Assembly: GCA_963697895.1 (NCBI GenBank)
Contig: OY969100.1
Span: 1,696,001 to 1,760,000 of the forward strand
Origin: an uncultured Methanomicrobiales archaeon
Lineage (GTDB): Archaea; Halobacteriota; Methanomicrobia; Methanomicrobiales; Methanospirillaceae
Direction: 5' to 3'
Length of the DNA stretch: 64,000 bases
Shown here piece by piece: positions 1 to 10,078 of the stretch (the first letter of the stretch is position 1; each line of letters opens with the position of its first letter). The position numbers were made by a program, and so were the translations under genes. The notes under the pieces were generated by a model, which ran no database searches, was not told where the DNA came from, and saw nothing but the letters and a program-made list of their open reading frames with translations.

Positions 1-1172
1 TGGCGTGCTGTATCGCCGTAGAGCGCAATCCGGAACTGTTCATCCCAGTCCAGTCTTTTTCGGGCTTCGGCCATCTGGATCTCCCGCGCAGACCGGTACC
101 CTTCTTTCATACGCGACATATTCCCGATATGGGCAGCAATCCGACAGACCCGCGTCCCTTCGATGATATCGGCCACCGACGGCAGAGCGAGATGTTCGCT
201 CGGAGAGACCATGCAGAGGAAGTCTGCTCCGTATGTGCACGCGATCGTCCCTCCTATTGCGGAAACCACGTGGTCATACCCCGGCGAGAGATCGGTTACG
301 ATCGGACCCAGCAGGTAAAGGGGAGCGTCATTCGTCAGTTCTTTTAAAAACTGCACATTATATCCGATCTGGGTGAGGGGGATATGCCCCGGCCCTTCGA
401 TCATACGCTGTACTCCTGACGAGAGGGCTCGGCTTGCAAGCGCTCCCAGCGTCAGATATTCCACGGTCTTCGCATGCCGATCGGCATCCTGCAGGCACCC
501 GGGCCGCATCCCGTCCCCGAGGCTGATCACCACACCCGCCTCAGCCAGGATCTCGAGAAGATAATCAAATTCGCTGTACAGTGGATTTTCCTCACCCCGG
601 GACGCCATCATCGCAACATGGAATGCTCCCCCCCGGCTTACCACGTCCATGATCCGGGGATCGGCCCTTAAAGATTCCAGTGCCTGCATATTCACGCCAC
701 AGTGAAGCGTGAGGAAGTCGACCCCGTCTTTGCAATGCTCTCTTATGACCTTGAACAGTAGATCCGCGTCCACATCTGCTGCATTTCCTGCTCGCCTGAC
801 CGCCTCGTATATCGGTACCGTTCCGACGGGCGAATCGAGCTCCAGAATCTTCTTCCGCATCGCGGCAAGGTTCCCGCCGGTGGAGAGATCCATCAGGGTA
901 TCTGCACAGTTCTGCAGGGCTGCCTGTGCCTTGTCCATTTCGAGCGATTCATCACAACGCTCCCCCGACGTCCCGATGTTTACATTGACTTTTATCCGGC
1001 AACCCTCGCCAATCGCACAGATCCGGTGGGACCTGACCGGATTCGCAGGGATAACCATACGCCCCCTTGCTATCGACCGTGCAGCAGTCCTCGGAGGAAT
1101 CCCTTCTTCCCGTGCGGCAGAACTGACGAGGGGTGGAACCCCTTTCACGCACTCCTGAATCAGGGTTTGCAT
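1..1172 (-). CDS. thiC: ThiC-family radical SAM enzyme (phosphomethylpyrimidine synthase or BzaA/B/F-like paralog); 3' end runs off the window
   Basis: Not in the ORF track (no stop in window). Manual translation from ATG 1172: MQTLIQECVKG...KVNVNIGTS...MDLSTGG...TLHCG...VVSRGG...GDGMRPG...EGPGH...PSEHLALP...LDWDEQF, all ThiC-family motifs. Confidence 0.88.
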   Translation of the reverse strand, partial: MQTLIQECVKGVPPLVSSAAREEGIPPRTAARSIARGRMVIPANPVRSHRICAIGEGCRIKVNVNIGTSGERCDESLEMDKAQAALQNCADTLMDLSTGGNLAAMRKKILELDSPVGTVPIYEAVRRAGNAADVDADLLFKVIREHCKDGVDFLTLHCGVNMQALESLRADPRIMDVVSRGGAFHVAMMASRGEENPLYSEFDYLLEILAEAGVVISLGDGMRPGCLQDADRHAKTVEYLTLGALASRALSSGVQRMIEGPGHIPLTQIGYNVQFLKELTNDAPLYLLGPIVTDLSPGYDHVVSAIGGTIACTYGADFLCMVSPSEHLALPSVADIIEGTRVCRIAAHIGNMSRMKEGYRSAREIQMAEARKRLDWDEQFRIALYGDTAR

Positions 1173-1206
1173 AACACACATGTGGTCGGAGATCTTATTA
1201 TTATGC

Positions 1207-1809
1207 ATGCCTGTTACCTGGATACCCGGGAGGACGTATTACGGAAATGCATATCTCGTGGGTACTGTTCTCGTTGATGCAGGGGTCTCTCCGGTCACGG
1301 TATTCCCGTATAAAGATGACATTTCGATGATTGTCCTCACCCACTGCCATTTCGACCATATTGCGTACGTTAGGGAGATCAGAGAATTGTGCGGGGCGAG
1401 CATCTGTATCCATGCTTTAGACTCTCCTGGCCTCAAGGACGACCGAGAAAGTCTTTCCCTCCATTTTGGTGCACGATCACCCGCCCTGGTTCCGGATCGG
1501 GTCGTCGGTGAGGGGGACCGTGTCGGAGAGCTACGTGTGCTCCATACACCGGGGCATACCCCGGGAAGCATCTGCCTTTTTCATGAGGAAGAGGAGGCAT
1601 TGATCAGCGGCGATACCGTTTTTACCGATGGAGGATTCGGGAGATATGACTTTCCCGGAGGAGATCGAACCGCACTTACGGAGTCTATCGAACGACTCGC
1701 AACACTCGAGGTCCGTGGTCTGTACCCCGGACATGGGACTCCGGTTATTGAAGGAGGGGCCAGGCATATTGCAGCTGCACGAGACCTTTTGCGAGCGGGA
1801 TATGGATAA
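1207..1809 (+). CDS. MBL-fold metallo-hydrolase (glyoxalase II-like)
   Basis: THCHFDH, TPGHTPGS, SGD and PGHG motifs; start moved to MPVTW. Confidence 0.9.
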   Translation: MPVTWIPGRTYYGNAYLVGTVLVDAGVSPVTVFPYKDDISMIVLTHCHFDHIAYVREIRELCGASICIHALDSPGLKDDRESLSLHFGARSPALVPDRVVGEGDRVGELRVLHTPGHTPGSICLFHEEEEALISGDTVFTDGGFGRYDFPGGDRTALTESIERLATLEVRGLYPGHGTPVIEGGARHIAAARDLLRAGYG

Positions 1810-2254
1810 GGGAATCTACTGCCTGATATTCCGGAATCTTTCCAGTACCGTACGGGTGGGTGCTCTGGGAACCATCTCCTTCCCTGGCGGGTGGCATGTT
1901 TATACCGGATCAGCTCAGGGGCCGGGGGGGGTGTCGCGGGTCAGGCGCCATATCAAATATGCCGAACAAGATCGGAAAAAACCCCGCTGGCACGTCGATT
2001 ATCTCCTTGGATCCACCCATTTTAAACTGGTATATGCGGTCTGCGGGATCACGGCCGACAAGATGGAGTGCTCACTCTCAAATCTCATTCTTAATTCGGC
2101 GATAATTCCGATCACCAGGTTCGGCTGTAGTGACTGTAGTTGCAGATCGCACCTGGCTTACTTTTCAGGAAACCCTCTCAAGGAGGTGGTTTCAACCTTT
2201 GAAACGCTCGGGATCCCCGCACGCATCAAAACCATCAATACCCTCAACGCATAG
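1802..2254 (+). CDS. DUF123 / Uri-superfamily (GIY-YIG-like) endonuclease
   Basis: MDKGIYCL, YTGSA, RWHVDYLL, FGCSDCxCxSHL; start overlaps the upstream stop. Confidence 0.8.
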   Translation: MDKGIYCLIFRNLSSTVRVGALGTISFPGGWHVYTGSAQGPGGVSRVRRHIKYAEQDRKKPRWHVDYLLGSTHFKLVYAVCGITADKMECSLSNLILNSAIIPITRFGCSDCSCRSHLAYFSGNPLKEVVSTFETLGIPARIKTINTLNA

Positions 2255-2263
2255 TGTAACACT

Positions 2264-2815
2264 ATGAATGTGCTGGGGGTTTCGGGAAGTCTCCGAAAGA
2301 ATGGAAACACGTCATACCTGGTCAATGTCATCCTGAATCGGTGTGCAGATGCAGGACTCACCACCGAGTTTGTATCGCTCGCAGGAAAAGAGATCCGGCC
2401 CTGCCTTGGGTGTGAGAAATGCAAGGAACAGAACTGGTGCATAAACGAGCGGGATGATTGGGATGACGTGATTAGAAAAGTAATGGAATGCGAGGTGCTC
2501 GTGATCGGCTCTCCCACGTATTATTACGACGTGTCCGGCCAGTTAAAAAATTTCATCGACCGCAGTTATTCTTTGTACCACAAGAGGCAACTGGCAGGAC
2601 GTATGGCGGTGGCTGTTGCCGTACACGCGAATAAAGGGGCAGCAAGGACGATTCAGACCATTGAAGGGTTTCTCAGCGCTCATGAATTCTCATACCTCGG
2701 CCATGTGCAGGGAAAGGGATATCTCGAAGGGGAAGTCCGTGGGGATGAATCTGCGGTCAGAAAAGCAGAAAAAATCGGGGATACGATTGTGAAAATCCTT
2801 CGTCCTCATGATTGA
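2264..2815 (+). CDS. Iron-sulfur flavoprotein (flavodoxin-like, NADPH-dependent FMN reductase family)
   Basis: GSLRKNGNT, CLGCEKC-x5-C, GSPTYY, LKNFIDR. Confidence 0.88.
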   Translation: MNVLGVSGSLRKNGNTSYLVNVILNRCADAGLTTEFVSLAGKEIRPCLGCEKCKEQNWCINERDDWDDVIRKVMECEVLVIGSPTYYYDVSGQLKNFIDRSYSLYHKRQLAGRMAVAVAVHANKGAARTIQTIEGFLSAHEFSYLGHVQGKGYLEGEVRGDESAVRKAEKIGDTIVKILRPHD

Positions 2816-2997
2816 TCCTTCATGGTTCCCTCCAACCCGATAATTTCACTCCTTTTTCTCTAAAATCATCTGATGATCGGGGATATTCCCGTCGAGTCAC
2901 CTTCGCGGGAGTCCTCGCAATACTTCTCCGCCCCCTTCAATGACCCCACGCAACGCGATGCTTCACGTTTCAACTTACCTGAATAATATCAATTAAA

Positions 2998-4083
2998 TCA
3001 GAGGTATTCGTATAACGTGGATCGCTGGCGCAGTTCCCGGCCCAGGTCATGCGCGAGACGTTCCATCTCCTGGGGATCGAGATAGTCAGTATTGGTCGCT
3101 CCTGCTCCTTTGGAGATCCGCTCCTCATACATGGTTCCTCCGAGATCATCCCCGCCTGACAGGAGCCCGATCTGGGCACATTTCAGCCCGAGTTTCACCC
3201 ACGATACCTGTATGTGGGGAATGTTGTCAAAGTACAGGCGTGATACCGCTATCATCAGGAGATCTTCCCGGCCTGTTGCACCCGCTCGTGCCCTTCCTGA
3301 ACGATAGAGCGGGGTATTCATATGTATGAAGGAGAGAGGAACAAATTCGGTAAAACCTCCGGTCTCATCCTGTATGGTGCGGAGAATGGAAAGGTGACGA
3401 ATGACATCCTGTTCACTTTCACAATGGCCATACATGATGGTGGCGGTCGTCGGAATACCGAGATGATGAGCTTCGCGGATAATTCGTATCCATTCTGCAG
3501 TCAGGATCTTCTGGGGGCAGATCACCGCCCTGACCTCATCCACGAGTATCTCTGCCGCTGTTCCGCACAGTGATCCCAATCCGGCATTTTTCAGGCCTTC
3601 AAGCATCCGTACGGTGGATATCCCGCTTTTCCGAGCCCCATATGCCACCTCCATCGGGTTGCTCGCATGGATATGAATACCGGGTGCTGCAGCCCGGATG
3701 CATTGGATAAGTTCCATATAGGACTGTGCGGTAAAATCGGGATGGAGTCCGCTGACGGTGCAGATCTCCGTTACCCCCCGCTCCTTCGCGAGTGCGGCTT
3801 TATCCCGAATCGTCACATCGTCATGGAAGTATACTTCCGTATCACCCGGTTTTCGGGAGTACCCACAGAATCCGCAGGCATTGACACAGATATTGGTCAC
3901 ATTGATATTCTGGTTTTTTACAAAAGAGACTGTATTTCCGTTTATTTTCTCCCGCAATTCATCTGCGGCGCCGGCAATTTCCCATATCCGACGGTCTCTG
4001 GTCCTGATGAGCCGCAGTGCGTCCTCATCCGAAAGGCGGTGCCCGCCGAGGATATCTTTCAGGAGAACCCGGATGTCGTCCAC
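2998..4083 (-). CDS. cofH: FO synthase subunit 2 (F420 biosynthesis radical SAM)
   Basis: TNICVNACGFC, GTAAEIL, TTATIMYGH, GGFTEFVPL, SWVKLG, DLGGTMYEE; likely GTG start at 4083. Confidence 0.92.
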   Translation of the reverse strand: MDDIRVLLKDILGGHRLSDEDALRLIRTRDRRIWEIAGAADELREKINGNTVSFVKNQNINVTNICVNACGFCGYSRKPGDTEVYFHDDVTIRDKAALAKERGVTEICTVSGLHPDFTAQSYMELIQCIRAAAPGIHIHASNPMEVAYGARKSGISTVRMLEGLKNAGLGSLCGTAAEILVDEVRAVICPQKILTAEWIRIIREAHHLGIPTTATIMYGHCESEQDVIRHLSILRTIQDETGGFTEFVPLSFIHMNTPLYRSGRARAGATGREDLLMIAVSRLYFDNIPHIQVSWVKLGLKCAQIGLLSGGDDLGGTMYEERISKGAGATNTDYLDPQEMERLAHDLGRELRQRSTLYEYL

Positions 4084-4299
4084 CTCATTCACCCATCCGA
4101 CTCTGTCATTGTATGATGGGATTGGACAGATCTGATGATAAATCCGTGGGATGTCAATAGGAGCGACGGGACCCAAGTTGACAGATGGCTGTTATCCGTC
4201 TCTCTCCGGCTGATAGTTAGGACTTTTTCTCTCATTCCGGGTTGTTCAAGTTATCCATGTGTTTATGGATTATCTCGAATATTGTATACGAGGGATCGG

Positions 4300-4602
4300 A
4301 TGATTGAGACAACTGTCCGTCTAAAGAATTCGGTGGGAACCGGGTTTATTATACCATTGGGACCTGTCAACCTGGTGGCCGTGTATACCAAATATGGATT
4401 CGTCGGTTGCGGTGCATTCGACGTATCTGCACTGAATAATTTCGGATATCCTGCCGCACGGGTGAAACCGTCTGGAGTCAGCGCGATTTTGGGCATTGAA
4501 GACATCCTCACCGGCACGATCAAGGAGGCGAATGAAGCGGCACAGCGGTACGGTATAATGAATGGGATGAACGGAAAAGACGCCCTAGACCTCCTCTCCT
4601 GA
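4300..4602 (+). CDS. DUF1805 / YunC-family protein
   Basis: GFVGCGAFDV, PAARV and GMNGKDAL pattern; about 100 aa from ATG 4300. Confidence 0.75.
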   Translation: MIETTVRLKNSVGTGFIIPLGPVNLVAVYTKYGFVGCGAFDVSALNNFGYPAARVKPSGVSAILGIEDILTGTIKEANEAAQRYGIMNGMNGKDALDLLS

Positions 4603-4704
4603 AATGAACGACGGGATAATCGAGATGGAGTTCTTCCGATGGCAGACAGAGCCGGCTGAATCGGCAGTCCAGGGAATAAATGGAGAGGAGCGGGTGACTC
4701 CCCG

Positions 4705-5658
4705 TTATTTTTTCTTACCCGGCTTTTTCTGTTCCTTCTTTCTGGTCAGGTCTTTTTTTCGCGAGTAGAGTTCCCACCCGATCATGATTATAATGAGCAC
4801 GATGGCGATGGGAACGATATACAGGGGAATTAATCCCAGGTAGGGGATAGTAAACAAGGCCTTTCCTACAATCCATTCCCGTTCAACCGGTTCAATGGAA
4901 CCTGTATCGGTGCGCCCGAAATCCTGGCCCTGATCACTGATCTGGTTATTATCACCTTTGGTGATGAGGCCGGCATGAGAGGTCGTGTTATCTGTTGGAA
5001 TGATGTACCCATAGTCCGGGTCGAAATACATTGACGGGATGATGTAACTTTGGTTGGTAAATCCCGGGTTTATCACTATTCCCTGGTTTATTGTACTATT
5101 TTCGGGCGGGGCAGTCCCAACCGGATAAAGAACGTAATACCCTTTGTCATTTGTTCCATCAACATTCATCCGGATGTAATCGATCGGGGTAGTACCGCTA
5201 CCCCCCTTGTAAAATACATAAACCGGAAGAGGCTGGCCAGCCGTTACCTCATCCATTGCCCGATGAATGATCGGGTGATTTTTTGAAAGGATCAGAAATC
5301 CGATGGATGACCAGAAATCCGACACCCCGTTCGGCCGGTAGATGATCACGTCCCCGTATTCTTCATATTTCTGATATCCGGTCAGCTTTCCTTCCTGCCA
5401 GGTCTGTAAATGCCCGTATCGATCTGCCTGCACGACAAAGACCAGGTCTCCGACGTTCATGTGAGGTGCCATGCTTTCTGATTCTATTGTGACCAGTGCA
5501 GGCCATGTACCTGAGACCAGGAATAACACAAGCGCGATTGCGCCGACAACAATGACCACCCAGAGCAGTTCCCGAACAATGACGACCAGAGTATTCTCGC
5601 TCTTTCTGAATCTCTCGATCGGCGATCCCTCTCCGATCAGCGCTTTCGACCCGGACAT
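4705..5658 (-). CDS. Signal peptidase I, S26B (Sec11-like), with internal insertion
   Basis: TM helix, SESMAPHM catalytic Ser, IIHR, TKGDNN, C-terminal TM. Confidence 0.88.
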   Translation of the reverse strand: MSGSKALIGEGSPIERFRKSENTLVVIVRELLWVVIVVGAIALVLFLVSGTWPALVTIESESMAPHMNVGDLVFVVQADRYGHLQTWQEGKLTGYQKYEEYGDVIIYRPNGVSDFWSSIGFLILSKNHPIIHRAMDEVTAGQPLPVYVFYKGGSGTTPIDYIRMNVDGTNDKGYYVLYPVGTAPPENSTINQGIVINPGFTNQSYIIPSMYFDPDYGYIIPTDNTTSHAGLITKGDNNQISDQGQDFGRTDTGSIEPVEREWIVGKALFTIPYLGLIPLYIVPIAIVLIIIMIGWELYSRKKDLTRKKEQKKPGKKK

Positions 5659-5855
5659 GTTTAATACCTGTTTCTATCTCTCCTGATATAATTCACACGC
5701 GTGCGTCTGAAGATAGGGGCCAGGACAGGGTCCCTAAATCCTCGAGTTCTTTTATTTGAATATACCCACTATGTTACAACTAGCGGGTATACATCTTTTC
5801 ACATCTGGTGTCCAAAGGTAAAGCCCTATATTTCTAACCCGACACTATATGATCA

Positions 5856-7256
5856 ATGCTCGATATGCAATTGATCGTGCAGCGATTCCTCGATACCAAG
5901 CTGCAGGTTCATCCGGATGTGGTGCGTTATCTGAGCGAACAGGGCGATCCCGGGTTGATCGATCGTGTTATTGCTGAAATTCCCAACGATACCATCGTGG
6001 TATCTCTTAATCATGTGCCGGGGATTGCCACTGAACGGGATGGTACCCGATTCCTTGCGGATCCCGCCGTTGAGGTGATCACCGGAGCGGCCGGCTCCAG
6101 TGGAAGTGTGGTCAGGGTAGAGGATTATGTCCATTATTTCAGAGACCGGTATAATCGTCTCGGTACCATTATCCGGAACAGATGCAGTCCGGTACCTATA
6201 GAAGGATTAAAGAAGGCGGCCCGTTACAGGCAGGAACAGTGTGCGATCCTTGGTATGGTCAACGACGTGCGCACAAGTACAAACGGCCACCGCATCGCTG
6301 AACTGGAGGACACCACAGGGAGCATTTCAGTTCTGTTTAACAAGGAGAGGCCGGGTTTTCCTGATGCAGAGGAATTGCTTCCCGATGAAGTAGTCGGTGT
6401 CCGCGGGACGCTGTCGTCTGATGGCCGTATATTTTTTGCCGATCAGCTCTACCGACCGGATGTCCCGCTCAGTCATGCTCCTTTTATGAGCGAAACACCG
6501 GGCAAAGCAATTTTGATCTCTGATGTGCATGTCGGGAGTGATACATTTCTGGACGGAGTCTGGAACAGGTTTGCAGATTGGCTGGATGATTCCGACGCTT
6601 CTTATCTGCTCATCGCCGGAGATCTGGTGGATGGAATCGGGGTATATCCGGGTCAGGAACAGGAGTTGACCATCCGTAATATATATGAACAGTATGATGT
6701 GTTCGGTGAGATGCTGCGCGGTCTCAACCCGCATATCCGAATCATAATATCCCCGGGAAACCATGATGTCGTCCGCGGTGCAGAACCCCAGCCGGCGATC
6801 CCGGTGCAGTTCACATCCCGTTTTCCATCGAACTGCATTTATGTGGAGAACCCGGCGATGATCAGCCTCCAGGGCATCAGGGTCCTTATGTATCATGGAC
6901 GCTCAATCGACGATATGATAGGAACAATTCCCGGGGCTTCGTATGAGAATGCCGCGATTATGATGGAGGGGATGCTAAAACGCCGGCACCTTGCCCCCAC
7001 CTATGGCCGGAGGACCCCGATTGCCGCAGACCGCCATGACCAGCTGCTCATCGACCCGCTTCCAGAGGTTCTCCACACCGGTCATGTGCACATCGCCGGA
7101 ATGACACAATACCGGGGGATCCTCGGAATTAACGCGGGAACCTGGCAATCTCAGACTGCATTCCAGAAACAGATGAATATCAACCCGACACCGGGAAAGG
7201 CAGTGTATCTTGATCTCCAGACCCTGGTCCCCCGGCTGATGGATTTTAGCTCATAG
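5856..7256 (+). CDS. polB: DNA polymerase D small subunit (DP1, proofreading exonuclease)
   Basis: OB fold plus calcineurin-like motifs SDVHVG, AGDLVDG, PGNHD, YHG, RHLAP, GHVH. Confidence 0.95.
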   Translation: MLDMQLIVQRFLDTKLQVHPDVVRYLSEQGDPGLIDRVIAEIPNDTIVVSLNHVPGIATERDGTRFLADPAVEVITGAAGSSGSVVRVEDYVHYFRDRYNRLGTIIRNRCSPVPIEGLKKAARYRQEQCAILGMVNDVRTSTNGHRIAELEDTTGSISVLFNKERPGFPDAEELLPDEVVGVRGTLSSDGRIFFADQLYRPDVPLSHAPFMSETPGKAILISDVHVGSDTFLDGVWNRFADWLDDSDASYLLIAGDLVDGIGVYPGQEQELTIRNIYEQYDVFGEMLRGLNPHIRIIISPGNHDVVRGAEPQPAIPVQFTSRFPSNCIYVENPAMISLQGIRVLMYHGRSIDDMIGTIPGASYENAAIMMEGMLKRRHLAPTYGRRTPIAADRHDQLLIDPLPEVLHTGHVHIAGMTQYRGILGINAGTWQSQTAFQKQMNINPTPGKAVYLDLQTLVPRLMDFSS

Positions 7257-7263
7257 ATTTAAG

Positions 7264-7848
7264 TCAGGTGAGAATCTTCCGGATAAAGTGCTCATGGATT
7301 CGCGTATCTTCCACCAGTTCCGGATGGAAGGCAAACGCGGAATATAACCCCTGTTCCACGGCAACCACTCCCTGCGGCAGCCTTGCGATCTGTTCAACTC
7401 CGGTCCCACACCGCGAAATACAGGGTGCCCGTATAAATACCGCATGAAATGGTCTTTCCATATCTTTTATCGGGAGATCGACTTCAAACGATTCCTTCTG
7501 TCTTCCGAATGCATTTCGGGTTACCGTGATATCCATCAACCCGAGGCACTCCACTCGAGGATCGTCTGCATCGGTTGCCATCAGGACCATCCCGGCACAG
7601 GTAGCAAAAATACCACCTTCAAATGCCTGGATAGTGCGCTGTAAGTGATTTTCCCGGATGAGGCGGGATATGGTCGTCGATTCTCCACCGGGAATGGCAA
7701 GGGCATCGAGACGCGAGATGTCTGACGCATTCCGGACCGGTATAACCCGGGATCCATCCTGCTCTATCTGATGAAGTGCCCTTTGAAACGCCTGGATGTG
7801 TTCGGTCACATCCCCCTGGAGGCCGAGGACCCCAATGTTAACGGCCAC
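7264..7848 (-). CDS. pdxT: PLP synthase glutaminase subunit
   Basis: [37 protein letters not shown]; GTG start at 7848. Confidence 0.95.
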   Translation of the reverse strand: MAVNIGVLGLQGDVTEHIQAFQRALHQIEQDGSRVIPVRNASDISRLDALAIPGGESTTISRLIRENHLQRTIQAFEGGIFATCAGMVLMATDADDPRVECLGLMDITVTRNAFGRQKESFEVDLPIKDMERPFHAVFIRAPCISRCGTGVEQIARLPQGVVAVEQGLYSAFAFHPELVEDTRIHEHFIRKILT

Positions 7849-8734
7849 GGTTCTGCAGCACCTCATCATCTTTGAGCGTGTGGATATCCAGACCCCGCAT
7901 CGCTTCTCCCAGTCCCTTGCTGACTTCCGCAATCATCTTTGGATCATCGAAGTGGTTGACTGCCTCGACGATTGCCCTCGCCATCTTCGTCGGCTGGGTC
8001 GCATGGAAGATACCTGACCCTACAAACACACCGTCTGCACCCATCTGCATCATGAGGGCAGCGTCGCAGGGCGTTGCAATGCCCCCCGCTGAAAAATTGA
8101 CTACCGGAAGACGTCCTCGCTGAGTAGTCTCGAGAACGAGTTCAATCGGTGCTTCTATCCTTCGTGCAAGATCCATACATTCATGGGGAGTCCTCCCCTG
8201 GAGACCACGTATTTCCCCCATAATATTGTGCATATGCCTGACCGCTTCCACGACATTTCCTGTACCTGCCTCACCTTTTGTCCGAATCATCGCCGCTCCC
8301 TCCTGGATCCGGCGGAGTGCTTCTCCCAGATCTCGTGCGCCACAGACAAACGGTATACGGAATGCAGTTTTTTCAATATGGAACTCTTCATCAGCCGGTG
8401 TCAGCACCTCACTCTCATCGATCATATCGACTCCGAGAGTCTCAAGAACTTGTGCCTCCACGATATGGCCTATCCGTACTTTTGCCATCACGGGAATGGA
8501 TACCGCATCCATAATCCCGAGTACCTTCTCCGGGTCGGCCATCCGCGCGACTCCTCCCGCTTTCCTGATGTCCGCCGGGACCCGCTCCAGCGCCATTACT
8601 GCGACGGCTCCGGCTTCCTCTGCAATACGAGCCTGCTCGGCATTCACCACATCCATGATCACCCCCCCCTTCTGCATGGATGCAAACCCGCGCTTCAGGA
8701 GCTCGGTGCCAAATCTCAGTTCCTCGAGTTTCAT
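7838..8734 (-). CDS. pdxS: PLP synthase lyase subunit
   Basis: [43 protein letters not shown]. Confidence 0.97.
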   Translation of the reverse strand: MKLEELRFGTELLKRGFASMQKGGVIMDVVNAEQARIAEEAGAVAVMALERVPADIRKAGGVARMADPEKVLGIMDAVSIPVMAKVRIGHIVEAQVLETLGVDMIDESEVLTPADEEFHIEKTAFRIPFVCGARDLGEALRRIQEGAAMIRTKGEAGTGNVVEAVRHMHNIMGEIRGLQGRTPHECMDLARRIEAPIELVLETTQRGRLPVVNFSAGGIATPCDAALMMQMGADGVFVGSGIFHATQPTKMARAIVEAVNHFDDPKMIAEVSKGLGEAMRGLDIHTLKDDEVLQNRGR

Positions 8735-9657
8735 ATGCCGTACATATTCGTGAGGGTACCCCATAAAATGAGTGCAATAATGACAATAAGGGAGAAGGCA
8801 ACCGCCACAACCCTGACTGCGCGGACGATCTCCTTTCCTGTTGATTCAAGGTCCTTTTCGCCATCTCCTATCGTGTAAATACCGGGTTTTTCGAATTTTA
8901 CCCCGACCCCTCCTGCCATAACTGCCATCGGGATTCCGCCGTTAATTCCCGGGCGTTTTCTCCGGTCCCGGATCAGGGTATGATAGGCGGGGCGAAATCT
9001 TCCCTGTACCCCAAAATAGACAAGTAAGAGGAGACCGGAGATACGGGCGGGGATAAAGTTCAAGATGTCATCCATCCGTGCCGGCCACCACCCGATATGC
9101 AAACGCTCATCGCGATACCCAAGCATTGCGTCCATTGTATTTGCGACTCTGAAAACGGCCGCGCCCGTGAGGCCGAATATACCAAAATAGAATATCGGAG
9201 AGATGATACTATCGACGAGGTTTTCCGTCATTGATTCGTATGCTGCCGAACGCACCTGTTCGTGGTTCAGATCATGGGTGTCCCGGGAAACGAGCATCCC
9301 TGCCTGATCCCTGGCCTCGGAAATATCTGTCCGGAGGGAGGAGATCACCGCTTCTGTATGTTCTTCCAGAGAACGCCAGGCAAAACATATTTTCAGAAGG
9401 AATGGTCCGATAAGAAGATACAGGAACCATGGTGCATACCTGCCGAACAAATAGAACGGGACCGCAAAAAGGAATATCGTCAGGAACCATAAGAGAATTC
9501 CCATAATACGCTGGACACGCGGTGGCCACATTTCTGGTCGACCCCACCAACCGATAAACCTCCCGACAATTGCGATTGGATGATACGGGGTCCGGGGATC
9601 ACCGATACACCGGTCAACCACTAGGGAGAGAACTAGGACAAGAGGTTGAAGAATCAT
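8731..9657 (-). CDS. cbiB: Adenosylcobinamide-phosphate synthase
   Basis: [38 protein letters not shown]; TATA-like TTTATA about 25 nt upstream. Confidence 0.93.
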   Translation of the reverse strand: MILQPLVLVLSLVVDRCIGDPRTPYHPIAIVGRFIGWWGRPEMWPPRVQRIMGILLWFLTIFLFAVPFYLFGRYAPWFLYLLIGPFLLKICFAWRSLEEHTEAVISSLRTDISEARDQAGMLVSRDTHDLNHEQVRSAAYESMTENLVDSIISPIFYFGIFGLTGAAVFRVANTMDAMLGYRDERLHIGWWPARMDDILNFIPARISGLLLLVYFGVQGRFRPAYHTLIRDRRKRPGINGGIPMAVMAGGVGVKFEKPGIYTIGDGEKDLESTGKEIVRAVRVVAVAFSLIVIIALILWGTLTNMYGI

Positions 9658-9898
9658 CAGAATACCGGATCGTCGGGCATATAAAGATTCAAGTTATGTT
9701 CTTGAGGCATGAAGTTCGGATGAATGCTCTTCTCATTCACCCCGTAATACGGGATCGCTCCTTCTGCACGAATAATAGTCGGGGAATTACAGGTTGGAGG
9801 AATTGATTTTCCCGCCCCAGGAACCATCTTTTTTTCCTGAATCCACATGTCCCGAAATATCACTCAGGGTTCTCTAATTTACGTTCTTAACGCAAAAT

Positions 9899-10078
9899 CT
9901 AACATTCACTCCGTGGGAGAAGGTCCGGGATGCCTTCATGAATCGGATACCTGACCCTGCATGCTGCGCAGATGAGCCCCCCTTCCACGATCTCGTCCCC
10001 GGTCTCCTCTCGGACCTGGAGGAGGAGATCTCCTTTGCAGACGGGGCAACAGAGAATATCATGGAGGCGCCGTTTCAT
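9899..10078 (-). CDS. Trm112-family methyltransferase activator (59 aa)
   Basis: Manual translation MKRRLHDILCCPVCKGDL...EIVEGGLICAACRVRYPIHEGIPDLLPRSEC; ATGA overlap with purA stop; below the ORF-track cutoff. Confidence 0.9.
   Translation of the reverse strand: MKRRLHDILCCPVCKGDLLLQVREETGDEIVEGGLICAACRVRYPIHEGIPDLLPRSEC

Noticed and set aside
9657-9863. 68-aa ORF whose stop overlaps the cbiB start (TGATG)
   Set aside because: No recognisable motif, and its 3' end contains the TATA-like box positioned for leaderless cbiB transcription; likely spurious
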